NCBI GenBank assembly: GCA_963669175.1
Contig: OY769902.1
Span: 4,288,001-4,352,000 of the forward strand
Source of the DNA: a bacterium
GTDB lineage: Bacteria > Electryoneota > Electryoneia > Electryoneales > Electryoneaceae
Length of the DNA: 64,000 nt
Direction of reading: 5' to 3'
Both the position numbers and the translations under genes were made by a program. This document shows, one piece after another, positions 38,806-49,560 of the stretch (position 1 is its first letter; the number at the start of each line of letters is the position of its first letter). A model generated the notes under the pieces. It ran no database searches. It was given only the letters and a program-made list of their open reading frames with translations, and was not told the origin of the DNA.

Positions 38806-41800
38806 CTATTGTTTATAGTTCCTCTTCATTGGCAGTTCACGTGCTGCATCTGTTACTGCCCCAATCTTCGCAGCAAAACTGGTACGGTTCTTTATATCAG
38901 CGTCGGTTACCAGATGAACATCCAGCAGCCCCTTGCTGTGATAGCCTGTTCTAAGGAAATTCATTTCATCGAGACACTGGCTCCAGCCATCCAGCCAAAG
39001 CATCAGGTTGTGACGCTTCTCTTCATCCTCGCTAATATGCAACAACACGTCAATATCGCTGCCTGGTCCGGCAGTGCCATTTTTTGTGCTTCCGAATACG
39101 AAGAACGCCTTTACGCCATATTCAACACCATCAAGCTGTTCAGCAATGCGATGCGCCATGCGTAGACGCCATTTCCAGTGATCATCCGAAAAGGGGGGTT
39201 TTTTGGAAGTGCTGGCCATCGTTTCAACCTGTGTGCCTCCCGGCGTACTCAGGATGGCAACCGCCTCATCCAGGTCGGCATTCATGAATACTTTCAGTAC
39301 CTTGCCGTCAGTTACACGTCCGATATCAATAACACGAATTACCTCAGATAATTCGTTGAACTCGGGAAGGATCTCGGACAGAACATTCTCTGAACGCGTC
39401 AGGAACATCTTGTTAAAATGGACGTTCTTTTCGCCCGGATAGAGTGGCAAGTAGCGAATAGAAGCTTCTACAAGATCCTGGAAGAAGTGTGTGCCGAAAG
39501 ACAAATCCGGGACATAATTCCCTTTCGCCATGGCAACTTCGATCAGCATGGCCGTATTGTTGATCTGAGAATACGTAACATCGACACCAAGCTTGATATC
39601 ACCACGGCTTCCCCACCTTCCCGGCCCAATCAGGATAAACTGGCGTTTGGGAAGTTGCTTGTTCAATTCACCAATAGCTTTGCCAATATCCCGTAGCGTT
39701 TTCAGATTCTCCACTTCGCTGTACATCTGCGGGTCAACATAAACAACATGAGTAATATCCGGTACGATACCGTTGGAAACATACTTGTTCGCGCTGAACA
39801 CAATTGAAGTTTCCGGGATATCTTTTGGAATCGGCGCGGGTTTGGATTCCATTGAATAGCTTTGTGGACGGCATTGTAATAGATAGAAGCTCCGGCCATC
39901 GTGCGCAAATTCGATATCCACCGGATACCCCATGCCTTCTTCCAAAGCATCCAGGATTGATTTAATCTCCGCTATAAAATTCGTCTTCGTAACCAGTCCC
40001 TCGAAGGTCACAACAACTTCATCATCTTCGAAATCCAGGTTAAACTGGTTCTTCAGCGAAATGTGGTTGTCCTTGACCACAGACACAACTTTATCCACAT
40101 TCGGGAATTCATCGCCGAATGTTTTCAGGAATTCCTTGATATCGACGGTCTCAAAGTTGTTGGTTTCCAGGTTGATAACATCCATCTTGTTGGGTGCATA
40201 GCGGATGATCTCATCTACGCTGGCGTTGACCCTGAGACCGGGCTGACCGGGCGCCAGCAGGATCGGATAATCGTCACTCAAGCGGTCAACCGCACGTGTC
40301 CCCAATCCGGGAACCAGACGCACGAGACCATCGTCACGCTTGATACGTGGCGACCAGCGGAACTCATTGCTACTGAAGGCAACCCCGGCATACATCGGCA
40401 CATAGTATTTTCCTACCGGCTTCCCAACAACCTCCTGGATAAGTACACCCATTTCCTCATGGAAGTCGATGAGGCCACGTTCGGCACGGTACTCGATCGG
40501 ATCTGCGCCAAAGGTCGATGCGTACACTTCAGCTATCGCATCCATCAACGCTTCCAGACGTTCCCATTTTGTCCCACGATTCGCCAGGAACAGGCTGACA
40601 TATTTACCTGAGAAAGCGGTGCCCAACCTGTCCTCAAGAAGGCTGGAACTGCGGACAATCAACGGAACATCGCCGAAATCATCCAGCGCCATGGAAAGCC
40701 CCTGAACCATTTCAGGGGTAAAACGGCTATTCTTAAATAATTGAATAATATGAGGATACTCTTGTCGTACCAGCCCTATTTCCTTGTACTTCTGCTCTGT
40801 AACTTCACCCAGGTTGTTATGATTCATGAAGGAATGAAGACCATCAGAAGTAATGTACCATGTCTTGGGTGTTTTGATATTTTTGAGTTCAGGTTTCTCC
40901 TTGCTGAACTTGGTCAGCATTCGATATGCCAGGAAAAGCCCTGACCCCTTACCACCCAGTTTTCCATGACTGTTCGGGGGATGAATCAGGCGGGGAATCA
41001 GGTCAACGAAGTCTTCAATATCAACATAATCTTTCGCAATACGGATAAATTCAAGGTGATCGGACAGGAAGCGGCGGGTAAGGTGAACCCTTGCCCCTTT
41101 CGCAGCAGAGGGGGACAATTCCACACCCTGTTGCATCAGGTGGTGGAATCTTCGCAGGGCATCTGCCAAATCCCCCAGGGAACTGTCCAGGTTTACCAGT
41201 GTTCGGCTGAAGAAGCTTGATTTATCTTCATGCATCCATCGTTGCACGACCTGAAGAATCTCTTCATCCGGCAGTGTCTTGCCGGCAATTTTGAAAATAT
41301 CCTCACTCAAATCCATAATTTCTATGCGTTTGCGCTGCATTGGGCGGTTTCCACCACCATTCAGCGTCTCGGATTTTTCATCAGCGCTCAGTTTTTCCAG
41401 CAACGCATCCGCTTCGTGAATACCGTGCCAGCAGAGGTAATTCAACATTTTGCGAGCGATGCCCAGGTACAGGTCTTTGTCGGTTCGCCTGAGAAGATCT
41501 ACGACAATTTTCCATTCAACCGTCTTGTCTTCGTTCAACCTTTCATGCGCCTGGTTCCAATCACCGACCATTTGCCTGAGTTGCTGATGCAGAATGAAAT
41601 GGCCCAGGCGGTCAGCGATGGTGGTAATTAGTTTGCGTTCTTCCTTGAGGAACGGCCCCTCGTCAGCAGCAGGCATCTCACGAGTATAAAACACCTTAAC
41701 CGACCCCAGGACCTGGTCATGCACTTTCAGGTCTGCTTCCTGCACCCATGGCGTGGGGATAGAATCGCTGGTCTTGAACTCTTGTCCATCAAAAGTGATC

Positions 41801-41991
41801 ATGGCTTCACAGATGTTGACAAACTGCCAACCGGGTGGAATAGCACGCAGGATGCCGCGAATCACGACTTCGACATCCTGTTCCGGATCATTGGTCAACT
41901 CTTCTATGCGATAAAGGCAATTCAGCTCTTTTGCTCGTTCACGTAACTGATCAAGAACATAGTGGCTGCGTCCATCCCCGATATCAACCAT
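38806..41991 (-). CDS. PEP/pyruvate-binding (PPDK_N) protein with N-terminal GAF-like and C-terminal nucleotidyltransferase domains
   Basis: LRERAKELNCLY; LGGKGSGL, VRSSSLLED, PGLGTRAV, DIEFA, LLQCRP, SFGTHFFQD; FGS..SDIDV. Confidence 0.88.
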   Translation of the reverse strand: MVDIGDGRSHYVLDQLRERAKELNCLYRIEELTNDPEQDVEVVIRGILRAIPPGWQFVNICEAMITFDGQEFKTSDSIPTPWVQEADLKVHDQVLGSVKVFYTREMPAADEGPFLKEERKLITTIADRLGHFILHQQLRQMVGDWNQAHERLNEDKTVEWKIVVDLLRRTDKDLYLGIARKMLNYLCWHGIHEADALLEKLSADEKSETLNGGGNRPMQRKRIEIMDLSEDIFKIAGKTLPDEEILQVVQRWMHEDKSSFFSRTLVNLDSSLGDLADALRRFHHLMQQGVELSPSAAKGARVHLTRRFLSDHLEFIRIAKDYVDIEDFVDLIPRLIHPPNSHGKLGGKGSGLFLAYRMLTKFSKEKPELKNIKTPKTWYITSDGLHSFMNHNNLGEVTEQKYKEIGLVRQEYPHIIQLFKNSRFTPEMVQGLSMALDDFGDVPLIVRSSSLLEDRLGTAFSGKYVSLFLANRGTKWERLEALMDAIAEVYASTFGADPIEYRAERGLIDFHEEMGVLIQEVVGKPVGKYYVPMYAGVAFSSNEFRWSPRIKRDDGLVRLVPGLGTRAVDRLSDDYPILLAPGQPGLRVNASVDEIIRYAPNKMDVINLETNNFETVDIKEFLKTFGDEFPNVDKVVSVVKDNHISLKNQFNLDFEDDEVVVTFEGLVTKTNFIAEIKSILDALEEGMGYPVDIEFAHDGRSFYLLQCRPQSYSMESKPAPIPKDIPETSIVFSANKYVSNGIVPDITHVVYVDPQMYSEVENLKTLRDIGKAIGELNKQLPKRQFILIGPGRWGSRGDIKLGVDVTYSQINNTAMLIEVAMAKGNYVPDLSFGTHFFQDLVEASIRYLPLYPGEKNVHFNKMFLTRSENVLSEILPEFNELSEVIRVIDIGRVTDGKVLKVFMNADLDEAVAILSTPGGTQVETMASTSKKPPFSDDHWKWRLRMAHRIAEQLDGVEYGVKAFFVFGSTKNGTAGPGSDIDVLLHISEDEEKRHNLMLWLDGWSQCLDEMNFLRTGYHSKGLLDVHLVTDADIKNRTSFAAKIGAVTDAARELPMKRNYKQ

Positions 41992-43741
41992 GCTGTATCA
42001 CTCCCCGTCCTGTACGGCCATCGACCAGAATCGACAACGGTTTATCAATACGCACTCTGCGAACGTATTCGGTTTCCTCTTCAGCAGGTAAAGCATCCAG
42101 CCAGTCCCAACGTATGGGATAGCTGGAGTTATGATGTACAAAGAAGTAGCTGACTTCAAAGCTTGATAGATTGTGGAAAAAATGCGAGCCCTGGCTGGGT
42201 TCAACATTCATGCTCGGCAGGGTAGCTTCCACAATCGCTTTCGCGCCTGCAATCTGGCTCCATTCCACCGGTGTTCCCAGCCAGTGATCACTACTGCCCC
42301 AGCGCCCGAATCCCATAAGCAGGAAAGCCCGGTCTTCGTTTAATAAGGTCTGGTTCATAGCCGCCACATGCTTCGCTATCAAAGGCGTATGCTTCGCTTC
42401 GAACACTTCCGGGCGAACATACACTATATCACGTATCGTGTTCACGTCCCCATTACCCAGCACCTTTTCGGAAGCGACGAGTGCATTGGGAGCCGACAGC
42501 GTTTCGACCGGAACTTCGACTTCCTCTTTGGATACGACCATGGGACGCACCTGCAGGAATCCCAGTCTCGCCGGGGTGCCATGGACGGGGTCCAATGTCA
42601 GGGCGAACTCGATCTCCACTTCACTTTCCAGCGCTTCTTCACAAAGCCGGATCAATTCCTGTACGATTTTATTCAGGGGAACGGTATTGAGTTGCAGGAT
42701 CGGTGCGAACGTGAGGATTCGTGGTCCGGCCGGTCCTGTCCCGGGAGAAAGCCGATCATTGGCTGCATCGTATGTGGAAGCAGTGTGTTTTAATACACCA
42801 TCCGCTTCCGCTTCATCAAGACCGTTCTGCACCAGGAATTCAGCTTCGTTGACAGGATCATACGCCGGTGGTTTTCCCAGGTTCACTGCCCAGAATGTCG
42901 TCTGAGTGGCTTTCATCAAATCGCCAACATTGCTATAAGGCGGCGGAAGTTTCGGCCATGCCGGAACGTAACTCCAGCAAACACCACCGTCTACAATCGC
43001 CTTGCCCAGCCCGAGCGCAAGATTGACCACGCCCTGTTCTGGCTTGGCGCGTCCGAACGGGTAAAAATTGAATGATTTCGCCACACCGGAAATGGTCGGA
43101 TACCATTTTTCTTCATGTTGCTGACCGACCACTTTTTGGATTACGACGGCCATCTTTTCGTCAGCGATGCTTTTCCCCGTGGTGGCGATGTAATCCTTGG
43201 CGCCTTTGAAGAATGTCGAGGCGAAAACGAACTTGACCGCTTCCATGAGTTTCTTGAAGCGTTCGTCCGTAGAATGCTGGTTATTCGGGATCATTTTCGT
43301 GGCGAAAACACCGGCGAACGGCTTAAACATGGCGTCTTCGAGCATGCTGGAGGAGCGTACCGCGAGAGGCGTTTTCACTTCGCTGACCAGCGCCCGCAAA
43401 TCTCCGGTCCACTGGTAGGGGAAACTCGCCCGCTGAAATTCCATCGCGATGTATTCATCCGATGCATCCGATAAGGCAACGTCATACAGCTTGTTCTGCT
43501 CCATGAAAGCATCGAACACAGCAGTAGAAAGAACCGTCACCGCGGGGATGGAAACCTTCACATCCGGAAAGCTGGAATGCGGGAATTTGTCCTGGATTGT
43601 ATCGTGAATAAATGCGAGTCCACTGGCTTTACCACCGAGCTCACCTTCCCCGATGAAGGTAAACGCACGCTCAGATTGCAGAGCGTGACGATCAAAATGA
43701 AAACGATGGCCGAGTGGAGCGCTTAAATCCTTTTTATCCAT
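41984..43741 (-). CDS. PEP/pyruvate-binding (PPDK_N) protein
   Basis: LGGKASGL, VRSSSMLED, LGLGKAIV, EIEFA, LQVRP and SQGSHFFHN. Confidence 0.9.
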   Translation of the reverse strand: MDKKDLSAPLGHRFHFDRHALQSERAFTFIGEGELGGKASGLAFIHDTIQDKFPHSSFPDVKVSIPAVTVLSTAVFDAFMEQNKLYDVALSDASDEYIAMEFQRASFPYQWTGDLRALVSEVKTPLAVRSSSMLEDAMFKPFAGVFATKMIPNNQHSTDERFKKLMEAVKFVFASTFFKGAKDYIATTGKSIADEKMAVVIQKVVGQQHEEKWYPTISGVAKSFNFYPFGRAKPEQGVVNLALGLGKAIVDGGVCWSYVPAWPKLPPPYSNVGDLMKATQTTFWAVNLGKPPAYDPVNEAEFLVQNGLDEAEADGVLKHTASTYDAANDRLSPGTGPAGPRILTFAPILQLNTVPLNKIVQELIRLCEEALESEVEIEFALTLDPVHGTPARLGFLQVRPMVVSKEEVEVPVETLSAPNALVASEKVLGNGDVNTIRDIVYVRPEVFEAKHTPLIAKHVAAMNQTLLNEDRAFLLMGFGRWGSSDHWLGTPVEWSQIAGAKAIVEATLPSMNVEPSQGSHFFHNLSSFEVSYFFVHHNSSYPIRWDWLDALPAEEETEYVRRVRIDKPLSILVDGRTGRGVIQHG

Positions 43742-44185
43742 AAGGGTATCTCCGATCTGTTCTGTCCTTCGACTTGCCAGTACGGCCTACCACAGATGGC
43801 TTGACTTCCGTTTTGCCGCTGTAAAACCCGGATTTGAAATGCTTTCGGCTGCTAACTATAAGGTAAGGTATGCCTTTAGTCAGGTCGGTTCAATGGTATG
43901 CGCCACTCCTGGTGCCCGGTTAACGGCGCAGATTCATTTACAGGAGACGTTCAAAACAGACGGCACGGCCCTGCGCTACGTTCGGTCACCCCTTCGGGAT
44001 GTATGTAACACAGATGAAGCAGGCCTTGCACAGGTGAAGCAGGCGAAAAATGGGACTGATACCTTTTCATGTTCTCAAATGCAGGACAATCCCAACAAGT
44101 AGCGATGAAAAAATATCTGTACCGAATTTTTCGCTTTTTCCAGCTTTATTATCTCTTACGGGAAAATGTTGGTACAGTTATAGCG

Positions 44186-44505
44186 ATTCCCATTATTATT
44201 CCGTCATGTGGTCATGTGCCAGATCAGTGAAAGGTCAACCATATGGTTGGAATAAAGGATAAGGATATGGAAAAAGGGGACAGTTTCCTTTCCCTGGGGC
44301 AAAGCCTTCCCGCTGTGAGCAAGGACCGGGAAAGGTGGCTGTACCCTTTTTCTTGAGAGCAGGCAGGACGTACACGGAAAAGGGTACAGTTTCCTTTTCC
44401 ACAAGTTCGGCGAGAGTGTTTCATATGCGCGCGAGGAAAAGGATCCCGTCCCCTTTTCCCGGCAATCTCTATTATGTCGGAATAAAATCGAGAACAGCAA
44501 TACCT
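44186..44505 (+). repeat. Dispersed intergenic element, longest copy, built of AAAAGGG(G/T)ACAG-type palindromic modules
   Basis: Homologous to 15561-15705 and 20762-21017; related single modules near 44047 and 44590. Confidence 0.9.
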
Positions 44506-44806
44506 TTTTCGCAACATATTTTCTGGTAAAACTATCAATCAAATGCACATAACAAATAATATCAGCAATTCATAACACACTCGCTTGCGAAAAAGTGTAA
44601 CAGTCCCCATTTTCCGTAAGATTACGCCTTTTTATCTACCTCCAAAGACGAGTGAAAACAGAGTTTGACGGGAGAGATGACAGGGGTACTGGCCGTTCTG
44701 CTAAGAGGGGTGACTGCAACTGGAAATCTGAAACTTGCCCCTGTTTGCTTGTCAAACAGGGTTTATATTCATTCAATTTTCACATAATCAATCATTTAAA
44801 ATAAAA

Positions 44807-47089
44807 TCATTTAAGCAATACAATTCGTCGCAAAGGAGCTGCTTTGCCATCATGTGTAGCACGTAAATAGTACATCCCCGACGCCAGCTCATGTGCATTG
44901 ACAGTCACAAGATGAATCCCTGCGTTTTGGACACCAAGCGTATGTTTCTGCACCACCTGCCCCAGGATATTCACCAGCTCCAGCTCAACGGTTCCTGCTT
45001 CAGGAAGATGAACCTCAACAACGCTCGTGGCATTAAACGGGTTGGGATAAGCTTCACTGATAAAGAATTCTTGCGGAAGTGACAACTTGTCCTCATCCAC
45101 ATCAAGGTTCCAGATGAGTTCCAGCGGCCCCGCCGGTTCCGATTCGCCGTTATCATACTGGGCTGTAACCCAATAGTGATAAGTGCCGTACTGAACAATG
45201 CGGTCGATATACTCATGGTCCACTGGCGATGCAATCAGGGTGCTGTCACGATAAACATGATAGGACAGAAAGTCATCCAGTTCGTCATCCGATCCGGCTT
45301 GCTGTATCATGCTTCCGCCACGATCCAGACGTACCTGCGCACGGATGAAATAGGTCTGCGGCCAGGCGCTCCAGGTACTCCCATTGAAGTCAAAACAACG
45401 CTCATTGTTATCATCATCATAGCCCAGCCGAACAGTCGTATTCAGCGAACCGAAGGCAACGATAAAATCACTCCCGAACACAAGGTTCTGGTCAATTGAG
45501 AAGTCATGCCAGCCATTGGAGGATACAGTTTCTGTACTGGAATATAACAGGGAATCACCGGGCATACCCGTAATCTCGTTCCAGTTGAAAACCTTGACCT
45601 GGAACGGTTGATCGGAACCGGTTACCCGCAGGTAATAACTGACCCTGAGTAAACGGCACGAATCGGACGGGCTCATCCGTTGTCCCAGCGTGTACCCCTG
45701 GAAATCGTAATACCCACTCGGCCAGCCATCATCATAGATAAGGTTTTCCGTAGGCCCTTCGATATCCGGCGGTTCCCAGTCGAGGAAGACATAACCGTAT
45801 TGTTCATCCAGCTCGGCGGTCAAGTCAACAGGTGACGGTAACGCTGCCGGTCCTGCAAGGCTGAACTCGGCATAAACAGTCGTATCCAGATCGGGAATTT
45901 CAAGCGGTGTGTTCAGAGCCGGAATCGTATCATTCCAGGCGGGATAGATGATCTGGGCTTCGTTGATCTGGCCTGAATGCCCATTTCCGGGATGATTGTC
46001 ACGTACCCCGGCAAACATCGGGTTCAGACGATAACGATCCAGCATCCAGGCCGCGTCGGTAAGATCAAGTACGATTTCAACCGGTGGTACGGCAACACGA
46101 GCGTAAGCGTACGCATCCATCCATGAGAAGAACGTCCGGCTCCACCGTCTGTCTTCAACCGTTCCCAGCCCGACGTCCAGCGAGATGCCATACTTGTCGG
46201 TATGGGAGATATCCATAGTGGCCAAAAAACTGGGTTCATAATCTGTCAAATCATCTGCATGGAACGCAAATCCGGATGAGGTAGTCAAACTTGTCATGGC
46301 ATCATAGGTAACCCAGCAGTAGCCGGAAAGTCCCCAAACGGTGCCGACACTGTTCACCACCTTGAAAGCGCCGAGCCCGTCATCATTGACATGATTATCC
46401 ATAAAACCCACAACCGGCAGGACAATGGTCCCTTCCGGGTTGCCGTAAATTTCAGACAGGCAGTAGTTTCCACCATATTCATCAATGTTGGTGAAGTTGC
46501 CGTAAACATTCAACTCCACCAGTGCGATATGACCGTCAAGAAGCAGGGATTTGAGCTGTTCCACACCTGTAGTGTCCAGATCGATGTAATACCACGGCCC
46601 GGTACGGTATTCCATGGCGTTGATCCAGTCGGGACGCGTGGGCCAGGTGGTGTAGTCCTCCGCATCGTAGGGCATATCGACCATCGTGGCGCACCCATTA
46701 AAACGCAGCAACTCCATGACATCAGCAAGATCACTGTCCTGATTGATGCCGTGGTTGGTCAGGTTAAACACAAATGCGGGACTGAAACGGTGAGAAGAGG
46801 TTGACACATCCCAGTGTCGCTCTTCCCATTCCTGGTAGGTTTTGTAATAATATGCCACAGACCATGCCGTGGCGGAATTCTGGCTGCCACGATTGCCGAC
46901 TGCGGGAAGGTGTGCGGAGTTGTCCGCCGCCTCATCCAGTTCATACGATGTATGGACAGGATAATCGCTCGGCAGTAGCCACTCCGGCAGCTCTTGCCCA
47001 TATACCCGGACATTTGCCGAAAAGGAAAACGCGACCGTTATCAATACCAACATCACTATTTTCAAGATGTTGCTTCTATCCATCCCCAT
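44807..47089 (-). CDS. Secreted papain-like (C1A) fold protein with degenerate active site, split Fn3 and T9SS-like CTD
   Basis: LPAVGNRGSQNSATAW, FSPAFVFN, GAFKVVNSVGTVWGLSGYCWVTY; YPNPFN CTD. Confidence 0.88.
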   Translation of the reverse strand: MGMDRSNILKIVMLVLITVAFSFSANVRVYGQELPEWLLPSDYPVHTSYELDEAADNSAHLPAVGNRGSQNSATAWSVAYYYKTYQEWEERHWDVSTSSHRFSPAFVFNLTNHGINQDSDLADVMELLRFNGCATMVDMPYDAEDYTTWPTRPDWINAMEYRTGPWYYIDLDTTGVEQLKSLLLDGHIALVELNVYGNFTNIDEYGGNYCLSEIYGNPEGTIVLPVVGFMDNHVNDDGLGAFKVVNSVGTVWGLSGYCWVTYDAMTSLTTSSGFAFHADDLTDYEPSFLATMDISHTDKYGISLDVGLGTVEDRRWSRTFFSWMDAYAYARVAVPPVEIVLDLTDAAWMLDRYRLNPMFAGVRDNHPGNGHSGQINEAQIIYPAWNDTIPALNTPLEIPDLDTTVYAEFSLAGPAALPSPVDLTAELDEQYGYVFLDWEPPDIEGPTENLIYDDGWPSGYYDFQGYTLGQRMSPSDSCRLLRVSYYLRVTGSDQPFQVKVFNWNEITGMPGDSLLYSSTETVSSNGWHDFSIDQNLVFGSDFIVAFGSLNTTVRLGYDDDNNERCFDFNGSTWSAWPQTYFIRAQVRLDRGGSMIQQAGSDDELDDFLSYHVYRDSTLIASPVDHEYIDRIVQYGTYHYWVTAQYDNGESEPAGPLELIWNLDVDEDKLSLPQEFFISEAYPNPFNATSVVEVHLPEAGTVELELVNILGQVVQKHTLGVQNAGIHLVTVNAHELASGMYYLRATHDGKAAPLRRIVLLK

Positions 47090-47495
47090 CAGTGAATCCC
47101 CTTACCACGTTTCCGCGAGAGCATTGTTCTGCAATAGTTTGCAAAGCATGTGCCTCTTGGGTCATCTAACAAAATACGGAACTGCAAGGGGATTTGCCTG
47201 ATGATATAGAAAAAACCGGTGCTTCGCTGTTTCGTGTGGGTAAGGAGGTTCACATAGTGATGCGACACGACAATGAAATATCGAGTCGTTTCATAGGAAT
47301 CTGTCAATAAGGTCTGGTTCCATTGCATGTCCACAGAGGTGACCTGCATCAATGACATGCCTTTGCAAAATAAGTTGTGGCCGTGATTATACATATCAAA
47401 ATTATTTCCTCATGTTGCATACCCACACGGAATAGCGAGGAACCAAAAAACCTGTTCGCTCTTTTCTGATACATGGGATTTGTGGACAGATTCGT

Positions 47496-48068
47496 CTAGA
47501 AATAGTACAAAACCCTTACCTGCAGGTTGAAGAACGCCTCATCAATGGAATCACCGGCGTCATCAGCAGCGTATTCAATATCGTAGCGGAACAACGGCAC
47601 AATCGCCCAGTGATTCCCAGCTATCTCCAGCCCCAGCCCAAAGCGGGCTCTTCTGTAATCACGGTCAAAATCGACTGGACCATCAATTGATTCATTCATC
47701 CAATAATAGGAGGCTTCCAGGATCGGACTTATGGGGAATTCTGGAGCGGCCATGTTCCAGGTGAGTTTCACGCCATGACCGTCACCAAGGGCTTTCTTCT
47801 TGTTCCGCTTGCTCCAGAACCAGTCGTATTCATAGGAAACACCAATGTAATCTGTGATATAGTAGCCAAATGAAGGAATCAATTCAACATGGTACAACTT
47901 TCTATCCTCATCATCCGGATTGCTGGCAACACTCTGCGAGGAAGGAGATTGCAGGCTGTTTCCCAAACCGATATAGAATCTACCTTTTCGAGGTTCTTTC
48001 TTGAATTCCTGTGCTGAAACAGCAGAGACTAATAGAAAAAACAAAGCCACCCATGTGAAGTGTTTCAC
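47496..48068 (-). CDS. Small outer-membrane beta-barrel protein
   Basis: Signal peptide, alternating aromatic strands, C-terminal YYF. Confidence 0.75.
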   Translation of the reverse strand: MKHFTWVALFFLLVSAVSAQEFKKEPRKGRFYIGLGNSLQSPSSQSVASNPDDEDRKLYHVELIPSFGYYITDYIGVSYEYDWFWSKRNKKKALGDGHGVKLTWNMAAPEFPISPILEASYYWMNESIDGPVDFDRDYRRARFGLGLEIAGNHWAIVPLFRYDIEYAADDAGDSIDEAFFNLQVRVLYYF

Positions 48069-48313
48069 TTTCCCCCCAAAATGTTTCCTGATCGAACAAC
48101 GGTGTGACCGAATGCTGATCTTGTCTTCGAATGAAGGGTAATCACTTTCGGCAGGTAATCACAACAGCGATTGGCCCCTGTCAGGATGGTTCTTCATAAT
48201 ACTCACTTTCAATGCCTTTGTTTCCTCTTTGTATAATCAGCCTCCCCTGAATATTGAGCAACACACATAGTTATTCTGCTATGTAAACAGTCAAGGGTGT
48301 AAAGAGCCTTTGT

Positions 48314-48454
48314 ATCGTCCCATGTGCCGTTCTGCTATTCGTGCTCGTGGCACAAGTTTTTTGTTCGCACGGAACAGCGGCGCCCTAAACTCGAATCGTT
48401 GTCAAGCAACAGAATAACTACCAGGGTCGCGTGTTCCCAATGGCATCGGACGAT
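48314..48454 (-). ncRNA. Predicted bridge (seek) RNA of the IS110 element
   Basis: Closing stem ATCGTCCGATG/CATGGGACGAT; two internal loops with guides matching the flank (TAGTTATTCT) and the donor end (ATAGCAG). Confidence 0.75.
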
Positions 48455-48498
48455 TCAATCACAATCTATGCTTTACCTACCTGCCAGCAGTGCTGGGG

Positions 48499-49560
48499 TT
48501 ATACGCAGGCAGGATTGTAGTCTTGTTCTTTGACCAGCATGGCCCACAGTATCACGGCTAGTTTTCGTGCCATGGCGACGATCGCCACTTTCCGTGTTTT
48601 CCCGGCATGGATCGCATCGTATTTCTTCTTTGCATACGGATCTTTTTGCACCCAACGCCACGCAGCTTCGACCAATAGTTTTCGTAGATGGGACGGTCCC
48701 CAGTGGGTAATGTGTCCCATATGGCGTGTGTTGGCGCTTGACCATTCACACGGCGTCAAGCCAAGATGTGCGCCGACTTGCTTACCGGATGCGAAGCGTT
48801 CGGGACGATACATCTCGGTCACGAAGGCGTTCACGGTCAACTCGCCCACGCCTTTCACCTGGCACAGGCGCTGGGTACGGTCCCGATACGTTGCGGACGC
48901 ATTCATCGCCTTGATCGCTTTGGTGATCACCTTGAGTTGCTGTTCAATGGCCTCCAGCTCATCGAGAGCAACATCAATGGCTATCCGTGTCGCGGCCAGA
49001 CAATCACACGTTCGCAACCAGCGCCGGTATTCCTTTGTCCAATAGCGTTGCGGCGGAAACGGTGACTGTAAACCGTGAAACAATAGCAGACTCTTGATTC
49101 GGTTTTTGACCCGAACGCGATCATTCATCACCTGGTCACGGGTTCGAGACAACTGACGATCCGCCTCTTCCTGTTCTGTAGGGACATGTACCCAGGTACG
49201 GGGCGGTGTCCAGAACATGTGGGCCAAGGTCAGGGCATCCAGATGATCGGTCTTCTGCTGCTTCGCTTGCGCCCCTTTGGGAACTTGGCTGGGCGGCGCG
49301 ATCTGGCAGTCAACACCTTGGCCGATCAGGTAACGACAGAGGCCAAAGCCGGTGAGGCCCGCTTCATAACACGCCCACATGCGGCAGTTGGGAAAACGGG
49401 CAAAGAAGCCTTCCCAGGCGGCTGAGTCATGCTTGATCCGATTCTCAAAGAGCACTTCACCAGTCTGGGTGTCGAGCACAACGGCGAAAGAAGTCTGCGA
49501 ATCAACATCCAGACCTATAGACAATGAACGGTCCGCTGCAATAACTTGGTTCTTCGACAT
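48499..49560 (-). CDS. IS110-family DEDD recombinase/transposase
   Basis: GLDV, YEAG, KTDHLDA, GVG, GLTP..WSS and VAMARKL. Confidence 0.95.
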   Translation of the reverse strand: MSKNQVIAADRSLSIGLDVDSQTSFAVVLDTQTGEVLFENRIKHDSAAWEGFFARFPNCRMWACYEAGLTGFGLCRYLIGQGVDCQIAPPSQVPKGAQAKQQKTDHLDALTLAHMFWTPPRTWVHVPTEQEEADRQLSRTRDQVMNDRVRVKNRIKSLLLFHGLQSPFPPQRYWTKEYRRWLRTCDCLAATRIAIDVALDELEAIEQQLKVITKAIKAMNASATYRDRTQRLCQVKGVGELTVNAFVTEMYRPERFASGKQVGAHLGLTPCEWSSANTRHMGHITHWGPSHLRKLLVEAAWRWVQKDPYAKKKYDAIHAGKTRKVAIVAMARKLAVILWAMLVKEQDYNPACV

